Shown here one piece after another: positions 29,783-39,823 of a DNA stretch of 64,000 bases. Source of the DNA: Promethearchaeota archaeon Loki_b32 (GTDB lineage Archaea; Asgardarchaeota; Lokiarchaeia; Sigyniarchaeales; SOKP01); contig NJBH01000002.1 of the NCBI GenBank assembly GCA_005223125.1, positions 128,001 to 192,000 of the forward strand, read 5' to 3'. Numbering within the stretch: the stretch's first letter is position 1; every line of letters begins with the position of its first letter. The notes under the pieces were generated by a model that had not been told where the DNA came from, searched no databases, and saw only the letters and a list, made by a program, of their open reading frames with translations. The translations under genes and the position numbers were made by a program.

Positions 29783-31066
29783 TTGGAATTAAAAGAAGTA
29801 TGGATGGTTGATTATGCTCGTACAGCATTTTCTCGTTCTAGACCAAAACAACCGGAAAGAGACGTTTTTGGGGAAATTAGAAGTGATGAACTTCTTGCTA
29901 AATTATTAGTCAAATTCTTTGATCAGAAATTAACAGATAAAGGAATAGAGAAGAAAGATATCGATGAGTTCACTGTGGGTACTGCTATGGGTGTTTACGA
30001 GAATTGGACTTACGGAGGTAGACTTCCATTATTTTTAGCGGAGTTTCCAGTAGAGGTTCCAGCTATGTTTGTTGATAGACAATGCGGTTCAGCAGGTTCT
30101 GGAATGCATGTAGGTATCATGGAAATTATGACTGGTCATAGTAAAACCTGTTTAGCTGGTGGTGTTGAACATATGACTCGTGTTGATATGCAGAATAATC
30201 ACGTACGCCCAAATTTAAAAATGATTAATAAGAAAAGCGAATGGTACAGACCTCAATATGATATGCTAACTACAATTAATATGCTTCAAACAGCCCAAAA
30301 ATTATATGAAGAAGAAATACCTGTTTTTACTAAAGAGGATTTAGACAAATTTGGTGTAAGAGCACATAATTTAACAGTAGAAAGTCAAGAAGCAGGATGG
30401 TTTAAAGGTGAAATTATCCCCATTGAAGGTCACGTTGAGGGAAATGTTGAAGAACCAATGATGGTGGATAAAGATATGGCAGCAAGAAAGTCTACCTTGG
30501 AAAGTGTTTCAGGATTACGTAGATTATCAAAACCATTTTTCTTAAAAAAGAATGGAGGTAGAGCTGGTTATAAAGAAAGAGAAGGAACTGCGGAAGGAGT
30601 TATTACCGCTGGCAATTCTTCTCCTCTAAATGCTGGTGCTACTGTATGTCTTATAATGGAGGCTGAGGAAGCTAAAAAACGAGGAATTGAACCTTTGGCC
30701 AGAATTGTATCGATTGGATGGGCGGGGGTAGATCCTACGGTAATGGGTAGAGGTCCTGTTCCAGCAACAGAAAAAGCATTAAAATATGCGGGATTGACAG
30801 CAGATGATATTGATTATTGGGAAATAAACGAAGCTTTTACAATTGTAGCGTTAAATTGTATGAATCACTTTAATATTCCAGAAGAAAAAGTCAATGTAAT
30901 GGGCGGATCTACAGCAATCGGACATCCATTAGGGGCCACAATGGTTAGATTACCAGGAACTCTTGCTCGTGTCTTAAAAGATAAAAAAGCTAAATATGGT
31001 GTAGCAAATGCCTGTGTTGGTGGCGGTCAAGGTGTTACCACGATAATAGAGAATTTGGATGCCTAA
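29783..31066 (+). CDS. Acetyl-CoA C-acyltransferase (thiolase)
   Basis: QCGS, NEAF, GHPLGA, CVGGGQG. Confidence 0.95.
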   Translation: MELKEVWMVDYARTAFSRSRPKQPERDVFGEIRSDELLAKLLVKFFDQKLTDKGIEKKDIDEFTVGTAMGVYENWTYGGRLPLFLAEFPVEVPAMFVDRQCGSAGSGMHVGIMEIMTGHSKTCLAGGVEHMTRVDMQNNHVRPNLKMINKKSEWYRPQYDMLTTINMLQTAQKLYEEEIPVFTKEDLDKFGVRAHNLTVESQEAGWFKGEIIPIEGHVEGNVEEPMMVDKDMAARKSTLESVSGLRRLSKPFFLKKNGGRAGYKEREGTAEGVITAGNSSPLNAGATVCLIMEAEEAKKRGIEPLARIVSIGWAGVDPTVMGRGPVPATEKALKYAGLTADDIDYWEINEAFTIVALNCMNHFNIPEEKVNVMGGSTAIGHPLGATMVRLPGTLARVLKDKKAKYGVANACVGGGQGVTTIIENLDA

Positions 31067-31244
31067 ATTCATTAAAATTATAATTTTCTATAATTTTTTG
31101 TTTTTCTTTATTCTATTTTTTATTTTGGCAAGTTTGTTTTTATAATATTAAGACTCTTAAATTCATCTGTTTTCTGCGTAATATTTAAATATTAACTAAT
31201 AACAAATTAACATATAAAAAAAGTAAAATGAATGTGAAATCAAA

Positions 31245-31451
31245 ATGACAGTTTATAAAAGTATTCAGTTAGTTGGTACTAGTGATAAGAATTGGGCAGA
31301 TGCGGTTAGGAATTGTTACGAAGAGGCCAAGAAGTCTTTACGCGGTATTAGAAATATCCAGATCCTCGAATCTGATGTAAAAATAAAGGAAGATATTGAC
31401 AAAATGATATACAGAGTTCGTGTACAAGTAAACTTCCAATTAGAAAGATAA
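31245..31451 (+). CDS. Dodecin family flavin-binding protein
   Basis: VYKSIQLVGTS..WADA..YRVRVQVNF. Confidence 0.88.
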   Translation: MTVYKSIQLVGTSDKNWADAVRNCYEEAKKSLRGIRNIQILESDVKIKEDIDKMIYRVRVQVNFQLER

Positions 31452-31601
31452 AAGTTTAATTTCTTTTTTATTTTTTTTTCTTTTTTAAAATTTAAGACAT
31501 ATAATCTAATACTTTATTGATGAATAAAATAAAGTTAAACCTCAAATTTTAAATATGATGAATTCTATTCAGATTTTAATAATTTCAAGAAAGGGGTAAT
31601 A

Positions 31602-31730
31602 ATGTTTCAGTCAATTGATATCTTAGATATCTTTTCAGATCCAACAGTCATGAGATATATTATCGGGGGTATAATAATATTAGTAGTTGTTATCATCTGC
31701 TATTCTATCCATAGGAAATTAACGTCATAA
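31602..31730 (+). CDS. Small single-pass membrane protein (42 aa), not in the ORF track
   Basis: AAGGGG SD, then MFQSIDILDIFSDPTVMRYIIGGIIILVVVIICYSIHRKLTS. Confidence 0.55.
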   Translation: MFQSIDILDIFSDPTVMRYIIGGIIILVVVIICYSIHRKLTS

Positions 31731-31739
31731 GAAAAAAAA

Positions 31740-32255
31740 TTATTTTTGTCTTAAATCATCCAATTTTTTTCTGATTTGGGATCGCGCTGTTAATGCATAG
31801 GTAAAATTTGAGTCAATTTCTAAGGCTTTTTCATAGAGATTTAAAGCTTCTTCATATTGTTCCATATCTTCATAAAGTAATCCTAAATTATAGAGACAAT
31901 ATTTATAATCAGGTTTAATTTCTAATGCCTTTTTGAAAGATTTCTTAGCATTTTCCATCTGACCTAAATTGAAATAAGCAATACCTAAATTATAATGTGC
32001 TCTATAATTTTTTGGACTTATTATGGTAATTCTCTCAAATAATTGTTTAGCTTTTTCATATTCCAGCGTATAATAATCATTAAGATATCCTCCATAATTA
32101 AATAAAGTGTCTATCAATATATCTTTAATTTCTCCAGATTCAGGTTTATTTTCATATAGTTGTTCTAAGATTTTAAGAGCTTCTTCATATTCTTCCTGTC
32201 TCCTTAAAATCTTTGCCTTTTCAAGAAGTTGTGTCCTACTATTTGAATTTTTCAT
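31740..32255 (-). CDS. TPR-repeat protein
   Basis: AHYNLGIAYF..A..KALEIKP; LYNLGLLY..KALEID. Confidence 0.9.
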   Translation of the reverse strand: MKNSNSRTQLLEKAKILRRQEEYEEALKILEQLYENKPESGEIKDILIDTLFNYGGYLNDYYTLEYEKAKQLFERITIISPKNYRAHYNLGIAYFNLGQMENAKKSFKKALEIKPDYKYCLYNLGLLYEDMEQYEEALNLYEKALEIDSNFTYALTARSQIRKKLDDLRQK

Positions 32256-32296
32256 GAAGAATTTTCACATATTTTTAGGAAAAAAAGGATTTATAT

Positions 32297-32752
32297 TTAC
32301 AATTCATTTTCATACCAGATATTTGGTGATTTTTTTACTCCAAGTTTTAGGAAAAGACTTCTCGTTGCTCCATCAGAATCGGGACAGATAAAATATACTT
32401 TATCAATTTTTAAAGATCTTTTAATATATAATTGTAGTTCCCGGATAATTTGTTCTTCAATTCCTTTTTTATAAGAATCTTCTTTTCTTGTTAAAACTTG
32501 GTGAATTAATACTCTATCATTACCCAAATAATCTCTAAATAAGGTATATGTTCCAAAACCTAAGATTTTTCCATCTTCTTTTGCTACAACCATTGAATTT
32601 CTATATTGAAGGTCAAGAGATCTCCGATTTAACTCTTCCTCAAATTTTTCCCAATGAGAGAAGAAATAAGATTTACTAGAAATAAATTCTTTAAAAATTT
32701 CTTTTAGCACTTCTTTGTCCGCTCTAGGGTCGTATCTGTCTATAATAATCAT
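32297..32752 (-). CDS. GNAT-fold protein
   Basis: VVAKEDGKILGF..YKKGIE..LFLKLG. Confidence 0.6.
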   Translation of the reverse strand: MIIIDRYDPRADKEVLKEIFKEFISSKSYFFSHWEKFEEELNRRSLDLQYRNSMVVAKEDGKILGFGTYTLFRDYLGNDRVLIHQVLTRKEDSYKKGIEEQIIRELQLYIKRSLKIDKVYFICPDSDGATRSLFLKLGVKKSPNIWYENEL

Positions 32753-32845
32753 TTTTTCACCGATGGAATATTGATATTTAACAAAATATCTATTCTTTAA
32801 TAAAAATTATTTTTTATAATACAGGATTATTTAAGATGATTAAAA

Positions 32846-33361
32846 ATGAGTCATAGGATTAATGATGAAATCGTATCAATTCCTATTAAGAAATTGAGAA
32901 ATGATACAAATATCCCTCAGCAGTCAAAACTGGGAGATGCTGGAGCTGATGCAAGGATTATTGGCTTTAAAAAGATTATTCATGAAAATGATAAAAAAGA
33001 ATTAATCGAGATTAATTCAGATACTTATACATTAAAACCATTAGAGAGAATAGGCTGTCCATTAGGATTCTCAACAGCTATACCGGAAGGATATTACTTT
33101 AAAGTGGTTCCTCGAAGTGGAGTAGCTTTATGGGATGGACTGTCTATTGTGAATTCTCCAGGTACGATTGATGCTGGATACCGAAATGAGTGGATGGTAA
33201 TTGTCGTGAATCTTTCCAATAAAGAAGTTACATTAAAGAAAGGCGAAAGAATCTGCCAAATTATTTTATCTAAAATGTACCATTATAAATTTATTGAGTC
33301 AGATGAATTACCCGAATCTGAACGAGGTTTGGGGGGTTTTGGTTCTACAGGTAAGAAATAA
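32846..33361 (+). CDS. dut: dUTP diphosphatase
   Basis: AGAD, PRSG, GTIDAGYR, RGLGGFGSTG. Confidence 0.95.
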   Translation: MSHRINDEIVSIPIKKLRNDTNIPQQSKLGDAGADARIIGFKKIIHENDKKELIEINSDTYTLKPLERIGCPLGFSTAIPEGYYFKVVPRSGVALWDGLSIVNSPGTIDAGYRNEWMVIVVNLSNKEVTLKKGERICQIILSKMYHYKFIESDELPESERGLGGFGSTGKK

Positions 33362-33403
33362 ATTTTAATTAAATATTAATATTTTGTTGAGAAAAGATCT
33401 AAT

Positions 33404-33622
33404 ATGTCAGAATTAACAGAAGAAGAAAATTTTATAATTACAAAACTCAAAGAAAAAGGGGGTAAGCTGAATTACAAGGAATTACAAATTCTATGCGAAG
33501 ATAAATTCGAAGGAGTAAGGTTAATTCTCAAAAAGCTAAAAGAAAAAGGAATTGTTGAATATGAAGGTATGATACCTGGTTTTTCAGCTGAAATTGAATT
33601 ATTACGAGATGAAATTACTTAA
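33404..33622 (+). CDS. Small winged-helix-like protein
   Basis: LNYKELQ..VRLILKKLKEKGIV pattern. Confidence 0.55.
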   Translation: MSELTEEENFIITKLKEKGGKLNYKELQILCEDKFEGVRLILKKLKEKGIVEYEGMIPGFSAEIELLRDEIT

Positions 33623-33691
33623 ATTTCCTAATCGTAACCCTTATGTTGTTTTTTTAATTTTCTTTTATAGTATTTAGGTTTAAGATTTACT

Positions 33692-35215
33692 ATGAGTGAA
33701 AACAATTCAGAATCCACTAAAGATAATTTTATTGAACAAATTCTTAACCCTAGGAGTATCTGTGTTTTTGGTGCAAATAATAATCTTATGACAACAATGG
33801 GCTCAATGCAACTACGAAATATTATTGCTGGAGGTGGATTTAATGGAAATATATTCCCTGTGCATCCAAGATTGGAAAAAGTTCAAGGAATTCAAGCTTA
33901 TCAGTCTATATTCGATATCCCAATAATACCAGATCTAGCATTTATTATATTACCAACAAGAATCGTACCTCAAGTTATGGAAGAATGTGGTCAAAGAGGT
34001 GTAAAACATTTAATCATTACATCAGGTGGCTTTCGAGAGACGGGATCTGAGGGAAAAGAATTATCTAAACAAATTGACAAAATAGCTAAAAAATATGATA
34101 TGAGATTCATTGGTCCTAACTGTCTAGGTGTATATAATGGATGGTATGGTTATCCTGATAAAAGAGACGCTTATTTCAACACTTTTTGGATTTATCTCCC
34201 TCATAAACGCGGAAATATTTCGATTATTAGCCAATCTGGTACTGTTGCAGCTCAAACTGCTTTTTATACAAATGATTTGGGAATTAAAATAGGAAAATCT
34301 ATATCCGTAGGGAATGAAAGAAACATAGATTTAGTGGATGTATTAAGATATTTTAAAGATGATCCTCTTACTGAAGTAATTGGGCTTTATATTGAAGAAA
34401 TCAAACAGGGAAAAGAATTTATTAAATTAGCGAAAGCTACTACCCCTTACAAGCCTATAGTTGCAATTTATGCTGGGGGTACACAAGCAGCGGCAAGATC
34501 TATAATGAGTCATACAGGATCAATTAGTACGGATAATAAAATTTATGAAGCAGTATTTAAAGAAACAGGCATAATTTCTACTAATTCCATTAAAGATTTC
34601 TTGTATTATCTTAGAACTTTATCACAAGCGCAATCATATAAAGTCTTTCCAAAAGGGAATCGAATAGGAATTATAACTGATTCAGGAGGTCCCGGTGCTA
34701 TGATGACTAAAACTGCTGAATTGTATGGATTAGAAATACCAGAATTTTCAACAGAATTACAATTAGAATTTAAAAAAGATATTCCTAAAACAGCAAGCTC
34801 AGTGAATCCTATTGATATTACTTTTCACGAGAACTTTATGAATATGTTTATAAAATTCCCAAAATTACTAATGAAATCTCATGAAGTCGATGCGGTTATA
34901 GTGTTTGGTGTTTATGATTTTGATGATATAATGAATGTTATTGAAAAATCGGGTATGAAACTTGATGAAAACATGAAAAATATGAAAGATATATTCGAAA
35001 AAATTGTTTTAAAATCTATAAAAAGATTAATGAAAAAGTATTCAATACCAGTGTTTTTTGCTGGACCATATCCTTATAGATATCCTTGGATGCAAAAATT
35101 CATAGAACATGATATCCCTATTTTTAGCATGTGGGATGATATAACTAAATGCCTTAGTATATTATATCGTTATGCTGAATATCGTAAAAATTTAAATCCT
35201 AAATTTAAAAATTGA
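33692..35215 (+). CDS. Acyl-CoA synthetase (ADP-forming), alpha subunit / CoA-binding protein
   Basis: GGFRE, IGPNCLG, SQSG, SVGNE, SHTG, SGG, NPID. Confidence 0.9.
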   Translation: MSENNSESTKDNFIEQILNPRSICVFGANNNLMTTMGSMQLRNIIAGGGFNGNIFPVHPRLEKVQGIQAYQSIFDIPIIPDLAFIILPTRIVPQVMEECGQRGVKHLIITSGGFRETGSEGKELSKQIDKIAKKYDMRFIGPNCLGVYNGWYGYPDKRDAYFNTFWIYLPHKRGNISIISQSGTVAAQTAFYTNDLGIKIGKSISVGNERNIDLVDVLRYFKDDPLTEVIGLYIEEIKQGKEFIKLAKATTPYKPIVAIYAGGTQAAARSIMSHTGSISTDNKIYEAVFKETGIISTNSIKDFLYYLRTLSQAQSYKVFPKGNRIGIITDSGGPGAMMTKTAELYGLEIPEFSTELQLEFKKDIPKTASSVNPIDITFHENFMNMFIKFPKLLMKSHEVDAVIVFGVYDFDDIMNVIEKSGMKLDENMKNMKDIFEKIVLKSIKRLMKKYSIPVFFAGPYPYRYPWMQKFIEHDIPIFSMWDDITKCLSILYRYAEYRKNLNPKFKN

Positions 35216-35355
35216 AAATTTAAGTTGTAAAATCTCTACTTATTTCACTAATTATATATATGTTTTTTATCTATAATTATTAGAATTACACCAAAAAGTT
35301 ATATCAGATATAAGAAACTTTAATTATAATAAATTATACGAGCGTAGTTTTAATT

Positions 35356-36354
35356 TTGCCAATAGAATTTTATAATCCTCCTTCAGCGATTCTAGCTTCT
35401 GGATCAAAATTAGGGGTTGAGATTGGAGGTAGTAAAAGCATTTTAAGTATGGATGCTCGTCATAATTTATATTCTGAGGGTGTTATCTTCAGTGAATTAA
35501 GCTGGGGTGCATTTTATCAAGAAGAAGGATTAGAAGATCAAATAGACACATTTGAGACCAAAGAATTTGACTCAATTCGAGAAGATCCTGAAGCGTTGGC
35601 TAAGAAAATTGTGGAAAGTATTTACAATATCATAAATAATAACAGATTGTTATATGGTATTGCCGATTTCGAAGTAGATGGGTTTCTCAATCAAAATACT
35701 ATTATTCCTGGACTTAAGTTAGACTATGCTATAATAAATAAGTTATTAGATGCCCATAAAAAAACAAGAGATGAAGATTTATTTCCAAATCTCTTATCTG
35801 ATGCAAAGGGAGCTCATAGAATAAAGATTGAATTCCAGGGAACAAAAAAAAGGAATCTTCATCTAATTGGTTCAAAATTAGAAGATTTAGCTGATATCTT
35901 AAGAATGGCTAAAGGATTTGCGACGGGGATAGTCTGTACTTCACGGGGTGCTGCCAATCTTTATATTATGTGTGATAATATTGTGTTTAAAGAAGAAGAA
36001 TATCCAGATCTCTACACCGATGAAGAAAATTTAGCTATAATAGAGATGGGTATCCAAAGAGAACTATTATTTCCAATTAGTTGGTTTAGAATAGATCTAG
36101 GTATTAGATCTCTTGAAACTTTAGAACTATGGGATAAAATCAAAGAAAACCCGAAATTAAACAAAGCTATGAAATATTATGAGAAATATATAACCAGCTT
36201 AGTTTATAAAAAATTTCAGGTTATGGCTTCGACAGAAAAGATCGGTACTGATGTAGAAGAGGATTTTTATACAATGAGTCCGGCAGAAAGAAGAAAAGCG
36301 CTTAGAGATATGGCCGAAGCAATAAGAAAATTAACTGATGAATATAAGAAATAG
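35356..36354 (+). CDS. Hypothetical protein
   Basis: 332-aa ORF with normal codon usage; no motif recognised. Confidence 0.75.
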   Translation: MPIEFYNPPSAILASGSKLGVEIGGSKSILSMDARHNLYSEGVIFSELSWGAFYQEEGLEDQIDTFETKEFDSIREDPEALAKKIVESIYNIINNNRLLYGIADFEVDGFLNQNTIIPGLKLDYAIINKLLDAHKKTRDEDLFPNLLSDAKGAHRIKIEFQGTKKRNLHLIGSKLEDLADILRMAKGFATGIVCTSRGAANLYIMCDNIVFKEEEYPDLYTDEENLAIIEMGIQRELLFPISWFRIDLGIRSLETLELWDKIKENPKLNKAMKYYEKYITSLVYKKFQVMASTEKIGTDVEEDFYTMSPAERRKALRDMAEAIRKLTDEYKK

Positions 36355-36358
36355 AAAT

Positions 36359-36667
36359 CTATTTTTCTTTTAGAATTCTGGGGGCTTTGATATAACCGTC
36401 CTTTTTATATTTTGCATTTTTTAAGGCTTCTTCATTTGAAAGCGATTTCCAAATAATGTCTTCACGAAAAACATTTTTTAAACCGTCTATTGGATGGGTC
36501 ATTGGTTTTACATTACTTGTATCCAAGTCATCTAATTTTTTAAAATAATTTAGGATATCACCTAATTGTATAGCTAACTTTTCTTTTTCATCATCAGATA
36601 AATCTAATAAAGCTAATTTTGAAATATGATCGATGGTTTCCTTTGAGAATTCTTCTTTCTCTGACAT
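36359..36667 (-). CDS. gatC: Asp/Glu-tRNA amidotransferase subunit C
   Basis: HISKLALL..LDTSNVKP..VFRED..GYIKAPRI. Confidence 0.92.
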   Translation of the reverse strand: MSEKEEFSKETIDHISKLALLDLSDDEKEKLAIQLGDILNYFKKLDDLDTSNVKPMTHPIDGLKNVFREDIIWKSLSNEEALKNAKYKKDGYIKAPRILKEK

Positions 36668-36788
36668 GGCTCAGTTCATTAAAATATAAGTATAGATAAT
36701 AATTAAGATTAACTACCTTACTGAACTTGCTATAATTCTTTAAAAAATAATAAAAAGTATTAAGTGATATCAATTTTTTATTTTAATT

Positions 36789-37142
36789 ATGGTAGATCAA
36801 GAAGATTTAAGGTTTGAAATCCCAAGTTATGCATTTATCGCACTAGCAAGACGTGGTATGGAAAAAATCTCTTTAGATCAATGTTTTTTGAAGAATTGTG
36901 ATAATCAGGACCCAGAATTATTAGAACCCTTTAAGAAAGAAGAATATGAAGATGACAAGAAACAAGTGAAAGAGATCTATATCAAATGTAAAAAATGTAA
37001 AGGTATATTCATTTTAAAACTAGAGACTCTAAAAAGAGTAGCTAAATCTACTAAGGATAAGGATGAAGATGTTTTATCAATGGGGATGGTATATGCTTTA
37101 GACGAGAAAAAGAATAACCTTGGACATATTGGTTATTTTTAA
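36789..37142 (+). CDS. Hypothetical Zn-finger-like protein
   Basis: CFLKNC and CKKC pairs. Confidence 0.65.
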   Translation: MVDQEDLRFEIPSYAFIALARRGMEKISLDQCFLKNCDNQDPELLEPFKKEEYEDDKKQVKEIYIKCKKCKGIFILKLETLKRVAKSTKDKDEDVLSMGMVYALDEKKNNLGHIGYF

Positions 37143-37154
37143 TAATTTATTCAT

Positions 37155-37862
37155 TTGTTTTATAAGAAAATGACTTTCAAATTCTATTTATTTGATTTAG
37201 ATGGAACTCTATTAAATCTGGGTAATATACGTGCTTATGCAGATCAAATTTTTACAAAAACACTAACTATTTTAAAAGCACCTAATATACCCAATAGAGA
37301 AGAAAAGCTAAAATTTTGGTTGGCTGGCAAAGATTATATCAAAGTATTGAATAAATGGGGTATTTCTAAACCACAATATTTTTGGAATGTATATGATAAA
37401 GTTGATTTTGAACACCGAAAAGTTCTAATAAATCAAAAAAAAATTGGATTATTTAATGATGTTAAAGATATATTAAAAAAGATTTTTGAGATTTCTAATA
37501 AACTTGCTATTGTAACTAATACAGCTGGTTATGTTGTTGAATATATTTTGAAAAAATTTAACATTTCAAAATGTTTTCATGAAATCTTTAGTATGGGGCC
37601 TGGGATTGATGAAAAATTCGCAAAACCTTCTCCTAGTGGTATTTTCTCAATTTTAAGAAAGTTTAACTATGATCAAAAATATCATAAAGCCTTAATGATA
37701 GGGGATTCAATAGTTGATATAATTGCAGCGAAAAAAGCAAATATCACTGCTTGTTTAATAACAAGAGATAAAAAAAGATATCCAGAAGATTATGAAGATT
37801 GGTTATATTCTCCTGATTTTATTATTGAAAGTTTAGATGAATTAATTCGTTTAAATTCTTAG
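37155..37862 (+). CDS. HAD-family hydrolase
   Basis: FDLDGTL, VTN, KPSP, IGDSIVD. Confidence 0.92.
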   Translation: MFYKKMTFKFYLFDLDGTLLNLGNIRAYADQIFTKTLTILKAPNIPNREEKLKFWLAGKDYIKVLNKWGISKPQYFWNVYDKVDFEHRKVLINQKKIGLFNDVKDILKKIFEISNKLAIVTNTAGYVVEYILKKFNISKCFHEIFSMGPGIDEKFAKPSPSGIFSILRKFNYDQKYHKALMIGDSIVDIIAAKKANITACLITRDKKRYPEDYEDWLYSPDFIIESLDELIRLNS

Positions 37863-38078
37863 TGAATTTTTAATTAATCAATTTCATTAACAAGGAGTTA
37901 GAAATTTAAATCCTCTATTTGTTTAATGGATTTTTGAGCACTCAAAAAATAAGTTTTTTAATTAAAATTATTGAATTACCGATTCATAAAGTTCGATATA
38001 TTAACTTGTTAAAGAAAAAAAATTAAATAATCGAACTGCTTTTTATTTAATATTGAAAATCTTAAGAGACTAGTCTAA

Positions 38079-39806
38079 ATGTCGACAAAATTAGGAGAAG
38101 AAGACCTATTAAGAAAAAAAGTATGGAAAATCATCAATTTAACACAAGCTAATCAATTATTTGTTCATTATAAAGATTTGAGCATTAAGTATTTTGCTGA
38201 AAAAAGTAAAAAAGTTACTACATCAATATTACCAGAAATCTTAACATTATGTGTTTTAAACGCTTTGGTTCCCAATTCTGCGATACTTTTAGTAGGTGGC
38301 CATGGCGGCGGTAAAACAACACTCTCTAAGCTTTTGGGGCGAATGTTTACTGCTACTTCACTTAATGACATTGAAAGTTCAATCATAAGGGGACATCCTC
38401 AATTAACTGAAGAAAAACTTATAGGTACTTTAAAGCTTGGGAAATTGATGAAAGAAGGTGAAGAAGAGGTTGTATGGAGACATTTTGTTACTAATTTTTG
38501 GAAAATCATTGATGAGGTGAATCGGTTAACACCATATGCACAAGATATCCTCTTATCATTGCTAGCAGAAGGTACCGTTAAGTATTATGATTCAATAATA
38601 TCAATTAATAAATATTGTTTATTTGCTACTATTAATCCTCATGATATTGGGACATTCGAGTTATCTCAGCCATTTTTAGATCGTTTTGGCATTTCAGTCC
38701 CAATAACAATGCCAGCGAGCCATGATTTACAATTAATCTTATCTGGAAAAGATGAGAAATATTCTGGTTTAGATGAACTTGTTCAAGTGCCTGAAATTTT
38801 GTTTATTGATGATTTAATGGAAATCTGGTATTATGTGAACAGAATACAATTCTCATCTGAAGTTAATAACTTTATACACGCCATAATTAGAGAATTTACA
38901 TTATGTTCAAGGATAGATAAAGGAAATACCGAAGATATAAAACCTAGTACAGGTTTATGCACAGGTTGCCATTTTAATACTGCTCAAAACATTTGTAATA
39001 AAATTGATTCGATTCTAAGTGTAAGAGTTGCAAAAGATCTGCTGAGATATTCAAAAGCTCTAGCATGGTTATTAGGAATCAATAATATTGATGTTAATAT
39101 TGTAAACACTATCGCCCCTTATGTAATATCGCATAGAACGAAGTATGTAAAACGAGATTTAGACAAATCACCATATTTTGGAAATAAATATGAATTTTCT
39201 AAAAATATTTTAAAAACTATCCAAAAAAGATTTAAAAATCGTGAAATCTGCTACCATATTACAGAAAGATTTCGAGAAGGAAATCCTAAGGATAATGATT
39301 TAACTGAGTTAAAAAAATTCGAAAAAAATGATTTAATCGTAAAATATGATTTAATTCCGTTTGTAAATTCAATTAATAATAAGGAGTATCCCCCAATTGC
39401 CCAAGAAATTCAAGAGGCATCAAAGAAAGGAGATATTAATAAGCTCGCTGAAATCAGGAATACTCTTATGGAAGAAATTAATTTCCCTAATAGAGGAGAC
39501 TTAATTGAATGGACTAATAGAGAACTTTACAAACAAACAGTTACTGATTACGTCTTCAAGTACCAATTTAATAAGGAAGTGTGGGCTGATATTGCTGCAG
39601 AATTTTCAAAATTAGATCAACCCTTAAAAGAAGCATTTAGTCAAAGACAAACTAAACAAATACGGACTGAAGATATGTTGATTGAAATAAATGTTACTGG
39701 AACAAAAGAGGATTCTCTTGTAAATATTCAAATTTCTGGTGGTTCTGAAGCTTTAAAGTTAAGAGATATACTAAATAATTTAAGTTATATTCAAAAAGAA
39801 GAATAA
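38079..39806 (+). CDS. MoxR-like AAA+ ATPase
   Basis: GGHGGGKT, IIDEVNR, ATINP, FLDRF, SVR. Confidence 0.88.
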   Translation: MSTKLGEEDLLRKKVWKIINLTQANQLFVHYKDLSIKYFAEKSKKVTTSILPEILTLCVLNALVPNSAILLVGGHGGGKTTLSKLLGRMFTATSLNDIESSIIRGHPQLTEEKLIGTLKLGKLMKEGEEEVVWRHFVTNFWKIIDEVNRLTPYAQDILLSLLAEGTVKYYDSIISINKYCLFATINPHDIGTFELSQPFLDRFGISVPITMPASHDLQLILSGKDEKYSGLDELVQVPEILFIDDLMEIWYYVNRIQFSSEVNNFIHAIIREFTLCSRIDKGNTEDIKPSTGLCTGCHFNTAQNICNKIDSILSVRVAKDLLRYSKALAWLLGINNIDVNIVNTIAPYVISHRTKYVKRDLDKSPYFGNKYEFSKNILKTIQKRFKNREICYHITERFREGNPKDNDLTELKKFEKNDLIVKYDLIPFVNSINNKEYPPIAQEIQEASKKGDINKLAEIRNTLMEEINFPNRGDLIEWTNRELYKQTVTDYVFKYQFNKEVWADIAAEFSKLDQPLKEAFSQRQTKQIRTEDMLIEINVTGTKEDSLVNIQISGGSEALKLRDILNNLSYIQKEE

Positions 39807-39823
39807 ATAAATTTTAAAGTAAT

